Assembly: GCF_964213995.1 (NCBI RefSeq)
Contig: NW_027590134.1
Location: 930,001 to 994,000 of the forward strand
Direction: 5' to 3'
DNA length: 64,000 nucleotides
Source: Mustelus asterias
Taxonomy: Eukaryota
Shown: one piece after another, positions 12,431-24,331 of the stretch
How the letters are laid out: every line of letters starts with the position of its first letter
How positions within the stretch are numbered: position 1 is the first letter of the stretch
Translations under genes and position numbers: made by a program
The notes under the pieces: generated by a model
The model's input: the letters and a program-made list of their open reading frames with translations, nothing else
What the model was told of the DNA's origin: nothing
Database searches by the model: none

Positions 12431-12994
12431 ATGTGGGAACTGCGGCCGCCATGAGTGGATATTTGGAAGTGTTTTATCTCATGCTGATTGTCAGTGAGCT
12501 GAAACATGAACTCTGTTTCTCTCTTCGCAGATGCTACCTGACCTGTTGTGTATTCCAGAATTTTCACCTTGTTTCAAAATTCCAGTGGCCACATGATTTT
12601 ACCAGTTTATTATTGTAGCTGTTGCTCAGAAAAATGAGGCCAGAAATGGACAAAGAATCCATTTGAACCAGGGTGGATGTTGGTTGTGAAAATTGGTGTC
12701 TCACTTTCTGTGAAGGTATGTTCTTGTTGGCTGGCTTTGAACTGGAGTGTTGATAGTGGAAAAGCTGATGGGTTTAACCCTGAGTACATTTGAGACCAGT
12801 CGGGCCCAAACATTTCTCATCAAGGTGTCCTGGACAGTAACAGAGACTGACAGAGACATTGCATACTCATATAAAATTAGTAATGGAAAGGGAATCAGTT
12901 CTGCACTCATATGCAATGTCAAAAGTAAGTTAATTCCACACTGAAGTACTGAAACAGAGACTAAGGGAGTTAGTTCCACATTGACATCAAATCA

Positions 12995-13918
12995 GAACAT
13001 ATGAAGCAGGAGTAGCAGAAGGCAATTTGTTCTTTCGGGTTGCCCCACCATTCAGTAAGATCGTGGTTGATGTGATTATGGCCTCAACTCCATTTTATTG
13101 CCTGCCCTATAACCCTTGTCTCTCTCGTAGATCAAAATTCTTCCTACCTTAGGATGGAATCTAATCAATGCCAAAAATTAAGGACACTTTGAGAGGAGAA
13201 ATTCCTTCTCATCTCCATCTTAAGTGGGGCATACTTTATTTTTAAACTGTGTCCTGTAGTTCCAATTTTGCCCATAAATGGAAACATTCCTCTCAACATC
13301 TACCCTGTCCAGTCTCCTCAGATTCTTCAATGTTTCAATATGATCATCTCTCATTCTTCTCAACTTCTATGATATTAGCTTAACTTGATTAAACTTTCCT
13401 CATAAGATGACTCCTTCATCTTAGCAATCAACCAAGTGAATCTTCATTGCCTACAATACAAGTGTTTCCCTCTTTAAATCAGAGAAAGCATATAAACGTG
13501 TAGACTCAGCAATGCCATGGATTTGCAGCAACATTTCCCTACTTTTATACTCCACATATGTACTTATAATTACAGTTAGATCCTCTGTACTGTAACATTC
13601 TGCTGTCTCTTCCTCTAATTAAATAATGTTCTGCCTTCCAATTCTTCCCACTGAAGTGGAAAGCTTCACTCTTTCCTACATTGTATCCTACCTGCCAGAT
13701 TTGTGTCCACTCACTTAACCTCTCTATATCCCCTTGCAGACTTTTTGTGTCCTCCTCACAACCTGCTTTCCCACTTACCTATATATTGCCTGAAAGTTTG
13801 GTGTTGATCTGTCCCCTCATCTGGGTCATTAGTATAGATTGTAAATAGCTGAGAACCCAGCACTGATCCCTGTGGCTCTCTACTAGCAGCAGTTTGCTAA
13901 GCTGACAGTGACCCACTT
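12995..13918 (-). mobile_element. Old, degraded CR1 3' fragment(s)
   Basis: CR1 3'UTR and RT-like motifs (ttctcatctccatcttaa; cccagcactgatccctgtgg). No ORF. Confidence 0.65.
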
Positions 13919-13919
13919 C

Positions 13920-16258
13920 CATACAGTAACAGAGACTGACAGTTAATTGCATACATTATTAATAGATAGCTAGGGAGTTATTTCCACAATCACACAGTAA
14001 CAGATTGAGAGAGAGTTAATTCCACATTCACACTCAGTAATCGTTTGAGAGGGAGTTAATTACACATACACAGTAATTGGTTGAGAGAGTGTTAATTTCA
14101 CACTCTCACACTGTAACATATTGAGAGAGAGTTACATCCACACTCTCACACAGTAATAGATTGAGAGAGAGTTCTTCCATCCTCACACACAACAATACAG
14201 TGAGAGACAGTTAATTCCACGCTCGCACACAGTGCAATAGATTGAGAGAGAGTCAATTCCACACTGACACACAGTAATAGATTGAGAGTTAATTCCACAC
14301 TGAAACACAGTAATAGTTTGAGAGAGAGTTAATTACACACTCACACAGTGATAGATTGAGAGATTATTCATTGCACACTCGCACACAGTAATAGATTGAG
14401 AGAGATAATTCCACACTCTCTCACAATTCAATTCAGAGGGTGTTAATTCCACACACACACACTAACAGATTGAGACGGTTAATTCCACACTATCACATAG
14501 TAATAGATTGAGAGAGAGTTAATTCCACACACTCTCAGGAATAGATTGAGAGGGAGTTAATTCCACACTCATGCATAGTAATAGATGGGAGTTAATTCCA
14601 CCCTCTCACACAGTAATAGATTGAGAGAGAATTAATTCCACACTCGCACTCAGTAATCGATTGAGAGAGAGTTAATTCCACACACTCTCAGGAATAGATT
14701 GAGAGGGAGTTAATTCCACACTCACACCTAGTAATAGATGTGAGTTAATTCCACCCTCTCACACAGTAATAGATTGAGAGAGTACTATTTGCACACTTGC
14801 ACTCAGAAATAGATTGAGAGATAGTTAATTCCACCCTCTCACACAGTAATAGATTGAGAGAGTATTATTTGCACACTTGCACTCAGTAATAGATTGTGAG
14901 AGAGTTAATTCCACACTGACAGAGCAATAGATTGAGAGAGAGTTAATTCCAAAAGCACACAGTGATAGATGGCGAGAGAGTTAATTCAACACACACACAG
15001 CAATAGATTGAGAGAGCTACTTCCACAATCACACAGAGGAATAGATTGAGAGAGAGTTAATTCCACACACACGCACACATGCACACACAGTAATAGGATA
15101 GAGTTAATTCCACACTCACATACAATAATAGATTGAGAGAGTTAATTCTGCACAGTAATCGATAAAGTAATAGAAGAGAGTCATTTCCACACTCACACAC
15201 AGTAATAGAATGAGAGAGTTAATTCTACACTCGCACACTAATAGATTGAGAGAGTTAATTCGACACTCATACACAGTAATAGACCGACAGAGGGTTAATT
15301 ACACACTCACACACCTTAATAGATTGAGAGAGAATTAATTCTACACACAGTAACAGATTGAGAGAGTGATAATTCTACACTCTCACATAGTAATAGATTG
15401 TCAGAGAGTTACTGCCACACTCTCACATAGTAATAGATTGAGAGAGAGTTTCTGCCACACTGACTCACAGTAGTAGATTGAGACAATTATAATTGCCGCT
15501 CTCACACACTAATGGATTGAGAGAGTCAACTCCACACACACACACACACACACACAGTAATAGATTGAGAGAGAGTTAGTTCCACACACACCACATACAC
15601 ACTCACACAGTAATACATTGAGAGTTAGTTCCACACATACACACACACACACTCACACAGTAATATATTGTCAGCTCGTTAATTCCACACACTCTCACAC
15701 AGTAATAGATTGAGAGAGAGTTAGTTCCACATACACACACACACACAGTAATATATTGTCAGCTAGTTAATTCAACACACTCTCACACAGTAATAGATTG
15801 AGAGGGAGAGTTAATTCCACACTCTCTCACAGTAATAGACTGAGAGAGAGAGTTAACCACACACTCACACACACTAATAGATTGTCAGTGTTACTTGCAC
15901 ACTCTCTCACAGTAATAGATTAAGATAGAGTTAATTCCACACCGACAAACAGCAACTGATTGAGAGAAAGTTAATTCCACACCCACACACACTGTTAGAT
16001 TGAGAGAGTTTTAATTCCACACACACACAGACAGTAATAGATTCTCAGAAGGTTAATTCCACCCAAACACAGCACTAGATTAAGATAGAGTTAATTACAC
16101 ACTGAGACACAGTAATAGATTGAAAGAGAGTTAATTCCACACTCTCACACTAATAGATTGAGAGTTAATTCCACACCCATACAGTAATAGATTGAGAGAG
16201 TTGATTCTTCACGCACACACGCTGATAGATTGAGAGAGTATTCATTGCACACTTACAC
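13920..16258 (+). repeat. Minisatellite, ~35-45 bp unit GAGAGAGTTAATTCCACACTCACACAGTAATAGATT, with variable (CA)n/(GA)n
   Basis: Dozens of tandem imperfect copies. Degenerate units also occur at ~12830-12990. Confidence 0.95.
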
Positions 16259-16610
16259 TGCTTCTAACGTGTTTACATCTTTCTTTCAATAAGGGGACCA
16301 GTACTGCATACAATCCTCCAGATGTGGTCTCACCTCGTCCTGTTCAAGTGAAGCATCAATTCCCTACAATTCCTCACATTAAGCAATAACATTCTATTTG
16401 CATTCCTAATTATTTGCTGCACATCTATATTAGCCTTTTCTGATTCATGCACTAGGAACCCAGAACCAGAGGGTTTTCACACACAGAGTTGTGAGTGTCT
16501 GGAACGAGCTGCCAGAGGCAGTCGGAGAGGTGGGTACAATTTTGTCTTTTAAAAGGCATTTAGACAGTTACATGGGTAAGATTGGTATAAATTGGAATTG
16601 TAGGGAATTG

Positions 16611-16952
16611 GGGCGGCACGGTAGCACAGTGGTTAGCACTGCTGCTTCACAGCTCCAGGGACCTGGTTTCGATTCCTGGCTTGGGTCACTGTCTGTGTGG
16701 AGTTTGCACATTCTCCTCGTGTCTGCATGGGTTTCCTCTGGGTGCTCCGGTTTCCTCCCACAGTCCAATATTGTGCAGGTTAGGTTGATTGGCCATGCTA
16801 AAATTGCCGCTTCGTGTCCCGAGATGCGTAGGTTAGAGGGATTAGCGGGTAAATATGTCGGGATAAGGGGGTAGGGCCGGGATGGCATTGTGGTCGGTGC
16901 AGACTCGATGGGCCAAATGGCCTCTTTCTGCACTTTCGGGCTTCTATGATTC
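16611..16952 (+). mobile_element. HE1-like SINE nested in a CR1 3' end (16470-17062)
   Basis: GGGCGGCACGGTAGCACAGTGG...ttctatgattct; the flanks join into a CR1 3' end (VWNELPEAV...FKRHLD). Confidence 0.88.
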
Positions 16953-17062
16953 TGAAGGGATACAGGCCGAATGCAGGCAATTGAGACGAGCTTAGTGGTA
17001 TAAACAGGGCAGCTTGGACAAGTTGGGCCAAAGAGCTGTTTCCATGCTGTAAACCTCTATGA

Positions 17063-18540
17063 CTCCAAGGATCCTATCAGCCTTATTAATAACTGTTTCA
17101 ACTTGCCTTGCCCGCAACAGAGCATTATACACTTGAAACCCAAGTTCTCTCTGCTCCTGTACTTCCCCTAAATGCTGTACCATAATGGGCATATTTTCTC
17201 CTCATGTTTCTTGTACCAAAATGCATTTCCTCACATTTTGCTGCATTGCAATTCATCTGCGGTGTCTGCCCATTTGGGCAACTTGTCAATGTCCCTCTAA
17301 AGTCACTCAGCATCATTCTCACAATTCACTATTCTCCCCAGCTTGGTATTGTATGCAAATTTTGCCCTTAACATCGATCTCTAAATGGTTTATATAAATC
17401 AGAAAAAGCAAGTGTCCCAACACTGATCCCTGGGGAACACCACTTTCAACTCGTCTCGAGTCTGAGAAATGCACATCTATACCCAACCTCTGTTTCCTAT
17501 CTTTCAGCCAACTTCTAATCCATGCTGCCAAGGACCCATCAATCACAAACATTTCTAATTCGCTCACCAACCTGCCATGTGGCACCATATCAAATGCTTT
17601 CTGAAAGTCCAAATATACAACATCCACGGCACTACCCTCATCCAATGTCTGTGTCTCATCTTGCCAAACATGACCTGCCCTTGAGAAAATTATGTCATCT
17701 GCCGAGTATGAACTTATATTTCTCTGAGAGTATATATATATCTTATTTCATACTGTGGCCTCCATCTGTTTTCTCACTATTGATGTCCAGCTGAGAGGTC
17801 TGTAGTTTCCTGGGATATCCTTTGCCCCTTTCCTGAAAAACAGCATTACATTTGCAATCCTCCAATCCCATGGGACTAATTCTGTGTTCAAAGAGGCCAG
17901 GAAGTTTCTGTCAATGGCTGCGCAATTTGCTCCCTCACCTCTCAGCAATCTACGATGCATCCAGTCTGGACCTGGTGACTTCTCTACTGAGAGTGCTGCC
18001 AGAGTTTTAGTGCCTCTTCTTTATCTATCACTATACTGTTCAGTTACTGAGCACCCATATTTTCAACAAGGCCATTGTCACATTGTTTAATTTTGTAAAG
18101 ACAGAAGCACCGTACTCATTTAGTATCTCTGCCATACCCTCTGCTTCAGTGACCAGTTTACCCTGCTCGTCCCTTATGAGCCCCACTTTATCCTTCACGA
18201 ACCTTTTCACATGTATATGTTTGAAGAACATTTTACTATTTGTTTTAGCGCAGCCTGCTATCCTTTCCTCATGCTCCCTCTTAGCCTCCCTTATTAAAGC
18301 CTTAGCCTCTCTCCTGCATTTGAACTGTTTTTCCTGATTTCTATTGCTATTATTATTCCAGCATGCATCCTATGTCTCTTTTTTCTTCCTTATTTTCTCA
18401 TCAATATCCTTAGACTCCAGGATACTCTAGCTTTGGATGCCGTGTATTTATTTCTGGTGGCTATGTACCTGGCTGGCACCCTATTCATCTCAACTTTGAA
18501 AGTCTCAATTTTTCATCCACTGTTTCATCCTCGCAATTTG
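17063..18540 (-). mobile_element. Old fragmented CR1 ORF2
   Basis: Frameshifted pieces: [29 protein letters not shown]. Confidence 0.85.
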
Positions 18541-18749
18541 CCTCATTTTGCCAATTCACATAACCTATCTGTTTCCTTTTGTAGCCTCCTTACGTACACT
18601 TTGCAATTAATTTCTTGTCAATCTTTATGCTGTCAGCAAATTTAACAACCGTATCTTCAGTCCCTTCATCAAAGCCATTTTTATAAATTGTAACAAGTTG
18701 TGGCCCTGGTACAGATACACCATTCGACATATCCTGCCACCCAGAAAAA

Positions 18750-18875
18750 GATGTGGAGATGCTGGCGTTGGACTGGGGTAAACAGAGGAAGAAGTCTGAC
18801 AACACCACGTTAAAGTCCAACAGGTTTATTTGGTAGCAAAAGCCACCAGCTTTCGGAACAGGCTGCCCCTTCATC
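18750..18875 (-). mobile_element. Solo Penelope pLTR/tail fragment, truncated within the hammerhead core
   Basis: gatgtggagatgctggcgttggactgggg...gttaaagtccaacaggtttatttggtagc...agctttcgg matches the reverse complement of 36985-37105. Confidence 0.8.
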
Positions 18876-18987
18876 GTCGAACAGCTGTCAGGGTAACAGC
18901 CTGTAGTTCCCTGTTTTCTCTCTCCATCTCTTTTTGAATAAAGGTGTTACACTTTCTATATTTCATTCTAATGGAACATTCTCTGAA

Positions 18988-19144
18988 CAATGAGAAGTCT
19001 CACATCAACAGGTTAAAGTCCAATAGGTTTATTTGGTAGCACAAGGTTTACTTAGTAGTAAAATAAACCTGTTGGACATTAACCTGGTGTTGTAAGACTT
19101 CTTATTGTGCTTACCCCCCAGTCCAACGTCGGCATCTCCACATC
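18988..19144 (+). mobile_element. 157-bp hairpin non-autonomous Penelope derivative with 12-bp TSD
   Basis: Inverted pLTR halves plus tail ending ctccacatc. Flanked by acattctctgaa at 18976-18987 and 19145-19156. Confidence 0.85.
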
Positions 19145-20634
19145 ACATTCTCTGAAGCCAGGGAATTTTGCAAAATTAAAACAAATGCATCAGCTATCTC
19201 ATTAGCCACTGATTTCATGTCCTGAGTGTGAAGCCCATCCGGACGCAGGGATTTGTCAGCCTCCAGATCCGACAATTTGCTCAATACCACTTTCCCTGGT
19301 GATTGTAATTTTCCTGAGTTCCTCCCTCCCTTCCATTTGCTGATTTCCAGCTATTTTTGGGATGTTACTTGTGTCCTCTATAGTGAACACAAATGAAAAC
19401 TACCTGTTCAATTCATTTGTCAATATCCTATTTTCCATTATCAATTCCCCAGATGCACTTTCGATAGAACCAATGCTCACTTTAATTCTTTTATTGTTTA
19501 AATACCTACAGAAACTCTGACTATCCACCTTCATGTTACTGGCTGCTTGTCGTCTTCAGCTTGTTAATTTCCTGATAAACTCAGCTTTAAAAATTGTTTG
19601 TGGACAATTCAACATTCCCACCATCCTCTATCAAGAAGCTTTTCCTGAAATTAAATAAGGGGATCAGGGATTATGGGGAAAAGGCAGAACAGTGGGGATG
19701 AGAAAAATATCAGCTATGCTTCATTGGCAGAGCAGACTCAAGCGGCCGAGTGGCCTAATTCTTATATTTTATATTCTTATATCTTATGGTCTAAATTATC
19801 CCTGAAATGTCTCACTCTCATTTTACGGTGAGGTTCCCCCATTCAGAGCTAACATAGAACATAGAACAGTACAGCACAGAACAGGCCCTTCAGCCCACGA
19901 TGTTGTGCCGAGCTTTATCTGAAACCAAGATCAAGCTATCCCACTCCCTATCATCCTGGTGTGCCCCATGTGCCTATCCAATAACCGCTTAAATGTTCCA
20001 AAAGTGTCTGACTCCACTATCACTGCAGGCAGTCCATTCCACACCCCAACCACTCTCTGTGTAAAGAACCTACCTCTGATATCCTTCCTGTATCTCCCAC
20101 CACGAACCCTATAGTTATGCCCCCTTGTAATAGCTCCATCCACCCGAGGAAATAGTCTTTGAACGTTCACTCTATCTATCCCCTTCATCATTTTATAAAC
20201 CTCTATTAAGTCTCCCCTCAGCCTCCTCCGCTCCAGAGAGAACAGCCCTCGCTCCCACAACCTTTCCTCATAAAACCTACCCTCCAAACCAGGCAGCATC
20301 CTGGTAAATCTCCTCTGCATTCTTTCCAGCGCTTCCACATCCTTCCTATAGTGAGGTGACCAGAACTGCACACAATACTCCAAATGTGGTCTAACCAAGG
20401 TCCTGTACAGTTGCAGCATAACCCCACGGCTCTTAAACTCCAACCCCCTGTTAATAAAAGCTAACACACTATAGGCCTTCTTCACAGCTCTATCCACTTG
20501 AGTGGCAACCTTTAGAGATCTGTGGATATGAACCCCAAGATCTCTCTGTTCCTCCACAGTCTTCAGAACCCTACCTTTGACTCTGTAATCCACATTTAAA
20601 TTAGCCCTACCAAAATGAATCACCTCACATTTAT

Positions 20635-20816
20635 CAGTCCAAAGATGTGCGGGTTAGGTTGATTGGCCAGGTTAAAAATTGCCCCTTAGAGTCCTGGGAT
20701 GCGTAGGTTAGAGGGATTAGCGGGTAAATATGTGGGGGTAGGGCCTGGGTGGGATTGTGGTCGGAGCAGACTCGATGGGCCGAATGGCCTCCTTCTGCAC
20801 TGTAGGGTTTCTATGG
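20635..20816 (+). mobile_element. 5'-truncated HE1-like SINE inside CR1
   Basis: cagtccaaagatgtgcggg...ctgtagggtttctatg splits the CR1 RT after WQMEFK. Confidence 0.85.
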
Positions 20817-21564
20817 TTTAAACTCCATTTGCCATTTTTCAGCCCAGCTTTGCATCCTATCTATGTCTCTTTGCAGCCTACAACAGCCCTCCACCTCATC
20901 CACTATTCCACCAATCTTGGTGTCATCAGCAAATTCACTGATCCACCCTTCAGCCCCCTCCTCTAAGTCATTAATAAAAATCACAAAGAGCAGTGGACCA
21001 AGCACTGATCCCTGCGGCACTCCGCTAGCAACCTGCCTCCAATCCGAAAATTTTCCATCGACCACCACCCTCTGTCTTCGATCAGACAGCCAGTTACCTA
21101 TCCAATCGGCCAACTTTCCCTCTATCCCACACCTCCTCACTTTCATCATAAGCCGACCATGGGGGACCTTATCAAACGCCTTACTAAAATCCATGTATAT
21201 GACATCAACTGCCCTACCTTCATCAACACACTTAGTTACCTCCTCAAAAAATTCTATCAAATTTGTGAGGCACGACTTGCCCTTCACGAATCCATGCTGA
21301 CTATCCCGGATTAATCCGCATCTTTCTAAATGGTCGTAAATCCCATCTCTAAGGATCTTTTCCATCAATTTACCAACCACCAAAGTAAGACAAACAGGTC
21401 TATAATGACCAGGGTCATTTCTATTCCCTTTCTTCAACAGAGGAACAACATTCGCCATTCTCCAGTCCTCTGGCACCATCCCCGTGGACAGCGAGGACCC
21501 AAAGATCAAAGCCAAAGGCTCTGCAATCTCATCCCTTGCCTCCCAAAGAATCCTCGGATACATT

Positions 21565-21905
21565 GGGCGGCATGGTAGCACAGTGGTTAGCACTGCTGCT
21601 TCACAGCTCCAGGGTCCCAGGTTCGATTCCCAGCTCGGGTCACTGTCTGTGTGGAGTTTGCACATTCTCCTCGTTTCTGCGTGGGTTTCCTCCGGGTGCT
21701 CCGGTTTCCTCCCACAGTCCAAAGATGTGCAAGTTAGGTTGATTGGCCAGGTTAAAAATTGCCCATAAGAGTCCAGAGATGTGTAGGTTAGAGGGATTAG
21801 CAGGTAAAATATGTGGGGGTAGGGCCTGGGTGGGATTGTGGTCAGTGCAGACTCGATGGGCCGAATGGCCTCCTTCTGCACTGTAGGGTTTCTATGATTT
21901 CTATG
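21565..21905 (+). mobile_element. Full-length HE1-like SINE inside CR1
   Basis: Splits the CR1 motif SPGPDE/MYPRIL. A and B boxes and a (TTTCTATGA)n tail are present. Confidence 0.9.
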
Positions 21906-24331
21906 ATTTCATCAGGCCCAGGGGACTTATCGACCTTCAGTTTATTCAAAACTGCCAGGACATCCTCCCTCCAAACATCTATTTCCTCCAGCCTATTCGC
22001 CTGTAACACCTTCTCTTCCTCAAAAACATGGCCCCTCTCCTTGGTGAACACTGAAGAAAAGTATTCATTCATCACCTCGCCTATCTCTACTGACTCCATA
22101 CACAAGTTCCCACTACTGTCCTTGACCGGCCCTAACCTCACCCTGGTCATTCTTTTATTCCTCACATAAGAGTAAAAAGCCTTGGGGCTTTCCTTGATCC
22201 GACCCGCCAAGGACTTCTTGTGTCCCCTCCTAGCTCTCCTAAGCCCCTTTTTCAGCTCATTCCTTGCTAACTTGTAACCCTTAATCGAGCCATCTGAACC
22301 TTGTTTCCTCGTCCCTACATAAGCTTCCCTCTTCCCTTTCACAAGACATTCCACCTCTTTCGTGAACCATGGTTCCCTCACTCGGCCATTTCCTCCCTGC
22401 CTGACAGGGACATACCTATCAAGGACATCCAGTATTTGTTCCTTGAAAAAGTTCCACTTTTCATTAGTTCCTTTCCCTGACAGTTTCTGTTCCCAACTTA
22501 TGCCCCCTAATTATTGCCTAATCGCATCATAATTACCTCTCCCCCAATTGTAAACCTTGCCCTGCCGTACGGCCCTATCCCTCGCCATTGCAATAACAAA
22601 AGACACCGAATTGTGGTCACTATCTCCAAAGTGCTCTCCCACAACCAAATCTAACACTTGGCCCGGTTCATTTCCCAGTACCAAATCCAATGTGGCCTCA
22701 CCTCTTGTCGTCCTATCCACATATTGTGTCAGGAAACCCTCCTGTACACACTGCACACAAACTGCCCCATCCGAACTATTTGACCTACAAAGGTTCCAAT
22801 CAATATTTGGAAAGTTAAAGTCTAACTACCCTGTGACCCCCACACATATGCATAATCTGCTTAGCAATTTCTTCCTCCACATCTCTATTACTATTTGGGG
22901 GCCTATAGTAAACTCCTAACAACGTGACCGCTCCTTTCCTATTTCTACCCTCAGCCCATATTACCTCAGTGAGCAGATCCCCCTTGAAGTGCCTTTCCGC
23001 AGCCGTTAAACTATCCTTGATTAACAATGCCACTCCTCCACCTCTTTTACCAGCTTCCCTACACTTAGTGAAACATCTATTCCCCGGAACGTCCAACAAC
23101 CATTCCTGTCCTTGTTCTACCCACGTCTCCGTAATGGCCACAACATCGTAGTCCCAAGTACCAATCCACGCCCCAAGTTCATCTACCTTGTTCCGGATGC
23201 TCCTTGCATTGAAGTAGACACACTTCAACCCACCTTCCTGTCTACCGGTACCCACCCTTGACCCTGATACCTTCCCCAATACCTCACCACCCTCACTGAC
23301 TTGTGGACTACAACTCCTTTTCCCACTCCCCTGACAAATTAGTTTAAACCCCCCTGAAGAGCCGTAACAAATTTCCCTCCCAGGATATTGGTGCCCCTCT
23401 GGTTCAGGTGCAGCCTGTCCTGTTTGTACAGGTCCCACCTTCCCCAGAATGTGTTCCAATTATCCACGTATCTGAAACCCTCCCTCCTACACCATCCCTG
23501 CAACCACATGTTTAACTGCACTCTCTCCCTGTTCCTCAACTCGCTATCACATGGCACCGGCAACGTACCAGAGATGACCACATGTTTTGTCTTGGCTCTC
23601 AGCTTCCAGCCCAGCTCCAGAAATTCCTGCTTTAAATCCCCGTCCCTTCTCTTACCTATGTCATTGGTACCAATGTGTACCACGACTTGTGACTGTTTCC
23701 CCTCCCCCTGCAGAATCCGGAAAACACGGTCTGAGACGTCACGGACCTTGGCATCTGGTAGGCAACATACCATCCGTGAGTCTCTTTTGCTGCCACAGAA
23801 CCTCCTATCTATCCCTCAAACTAACGAGTCCCCAATTACTATTGCCCTCCCGCTCTGCCCCTTACCCTCCCGAGCCACAGAGACGGACACAGTGCTGCAG
23901 ATCCTCTCACTGCGGCTCACCACTGGTATGTCATCCCCCTCAACCGTATCCAAAGCGGAATACTTGTTGCTAAGGGGAACGACCACCGGGGATCCCTGCA
24001 CGGACTGCTTCCTCCCAGCCCCTCTCAACGTCACCCATCTGTTTTCATTCTAACAGTTTATCTCTCTGCACCCTATCAAATCATTCACTGTAAACATCTC
24101 ACTCACATCACCACTTAATCTTCCATGTTCAGGTTATTACAGGACTAGTCTTTGCAATCTGTCCTCATCATTTGAGTCTGGCATCACTGGTGAAATTCTG
24201 CTGCTCCCACTCCAAGGCCAATCTAACCTTCCTGGGATGAACACAGTGATCTCAATGGGGTCTGAACAGAGTTTTCTGCAACTGTAACACAAATTCCAAT
24301 CCTTCATAGACTATTAGCTTTATTACTTCAC

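Larger units (their letters stand above)
19851..24050 (-). mobile_element. Long CR1 LINE (partial ORF1 SGNH esterase, ORF2 APE-RT), inactivated and interrupted by two SINEs
   Basis: ORF1 motifs AIVIGDSLV, VHIGTNDIG, DRLHLN. Endonuclease motifs YFNARSIRNK, AITETW, YYRPP, SDHN. RT motifs [14 protein letters not shown]. Tail (TGTTCTA)n at 19851. Confidence 0.95.

Noticed and set aside
12610-12830. Possible exon of a host gene on the minus strand
   Set aside because: No recognisable protein similarity or partner exons; cannot be supported without a search.
13920-16258. Repeat array resembling a CRISPR
   Set aside because: Units are imperfect and contiguous with no unique spacers, there are no cas genes, and the context is eukaryotic. 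It is a minisatellite.
20811-21881. 356-aa SINE-RT chimeric ORF (mirror 55578-56648)
   Set aside because: An antisense SINE happens to be in frame with a broken CR1 ORF2. Its presence in both arms reflects the duplication, not selection.
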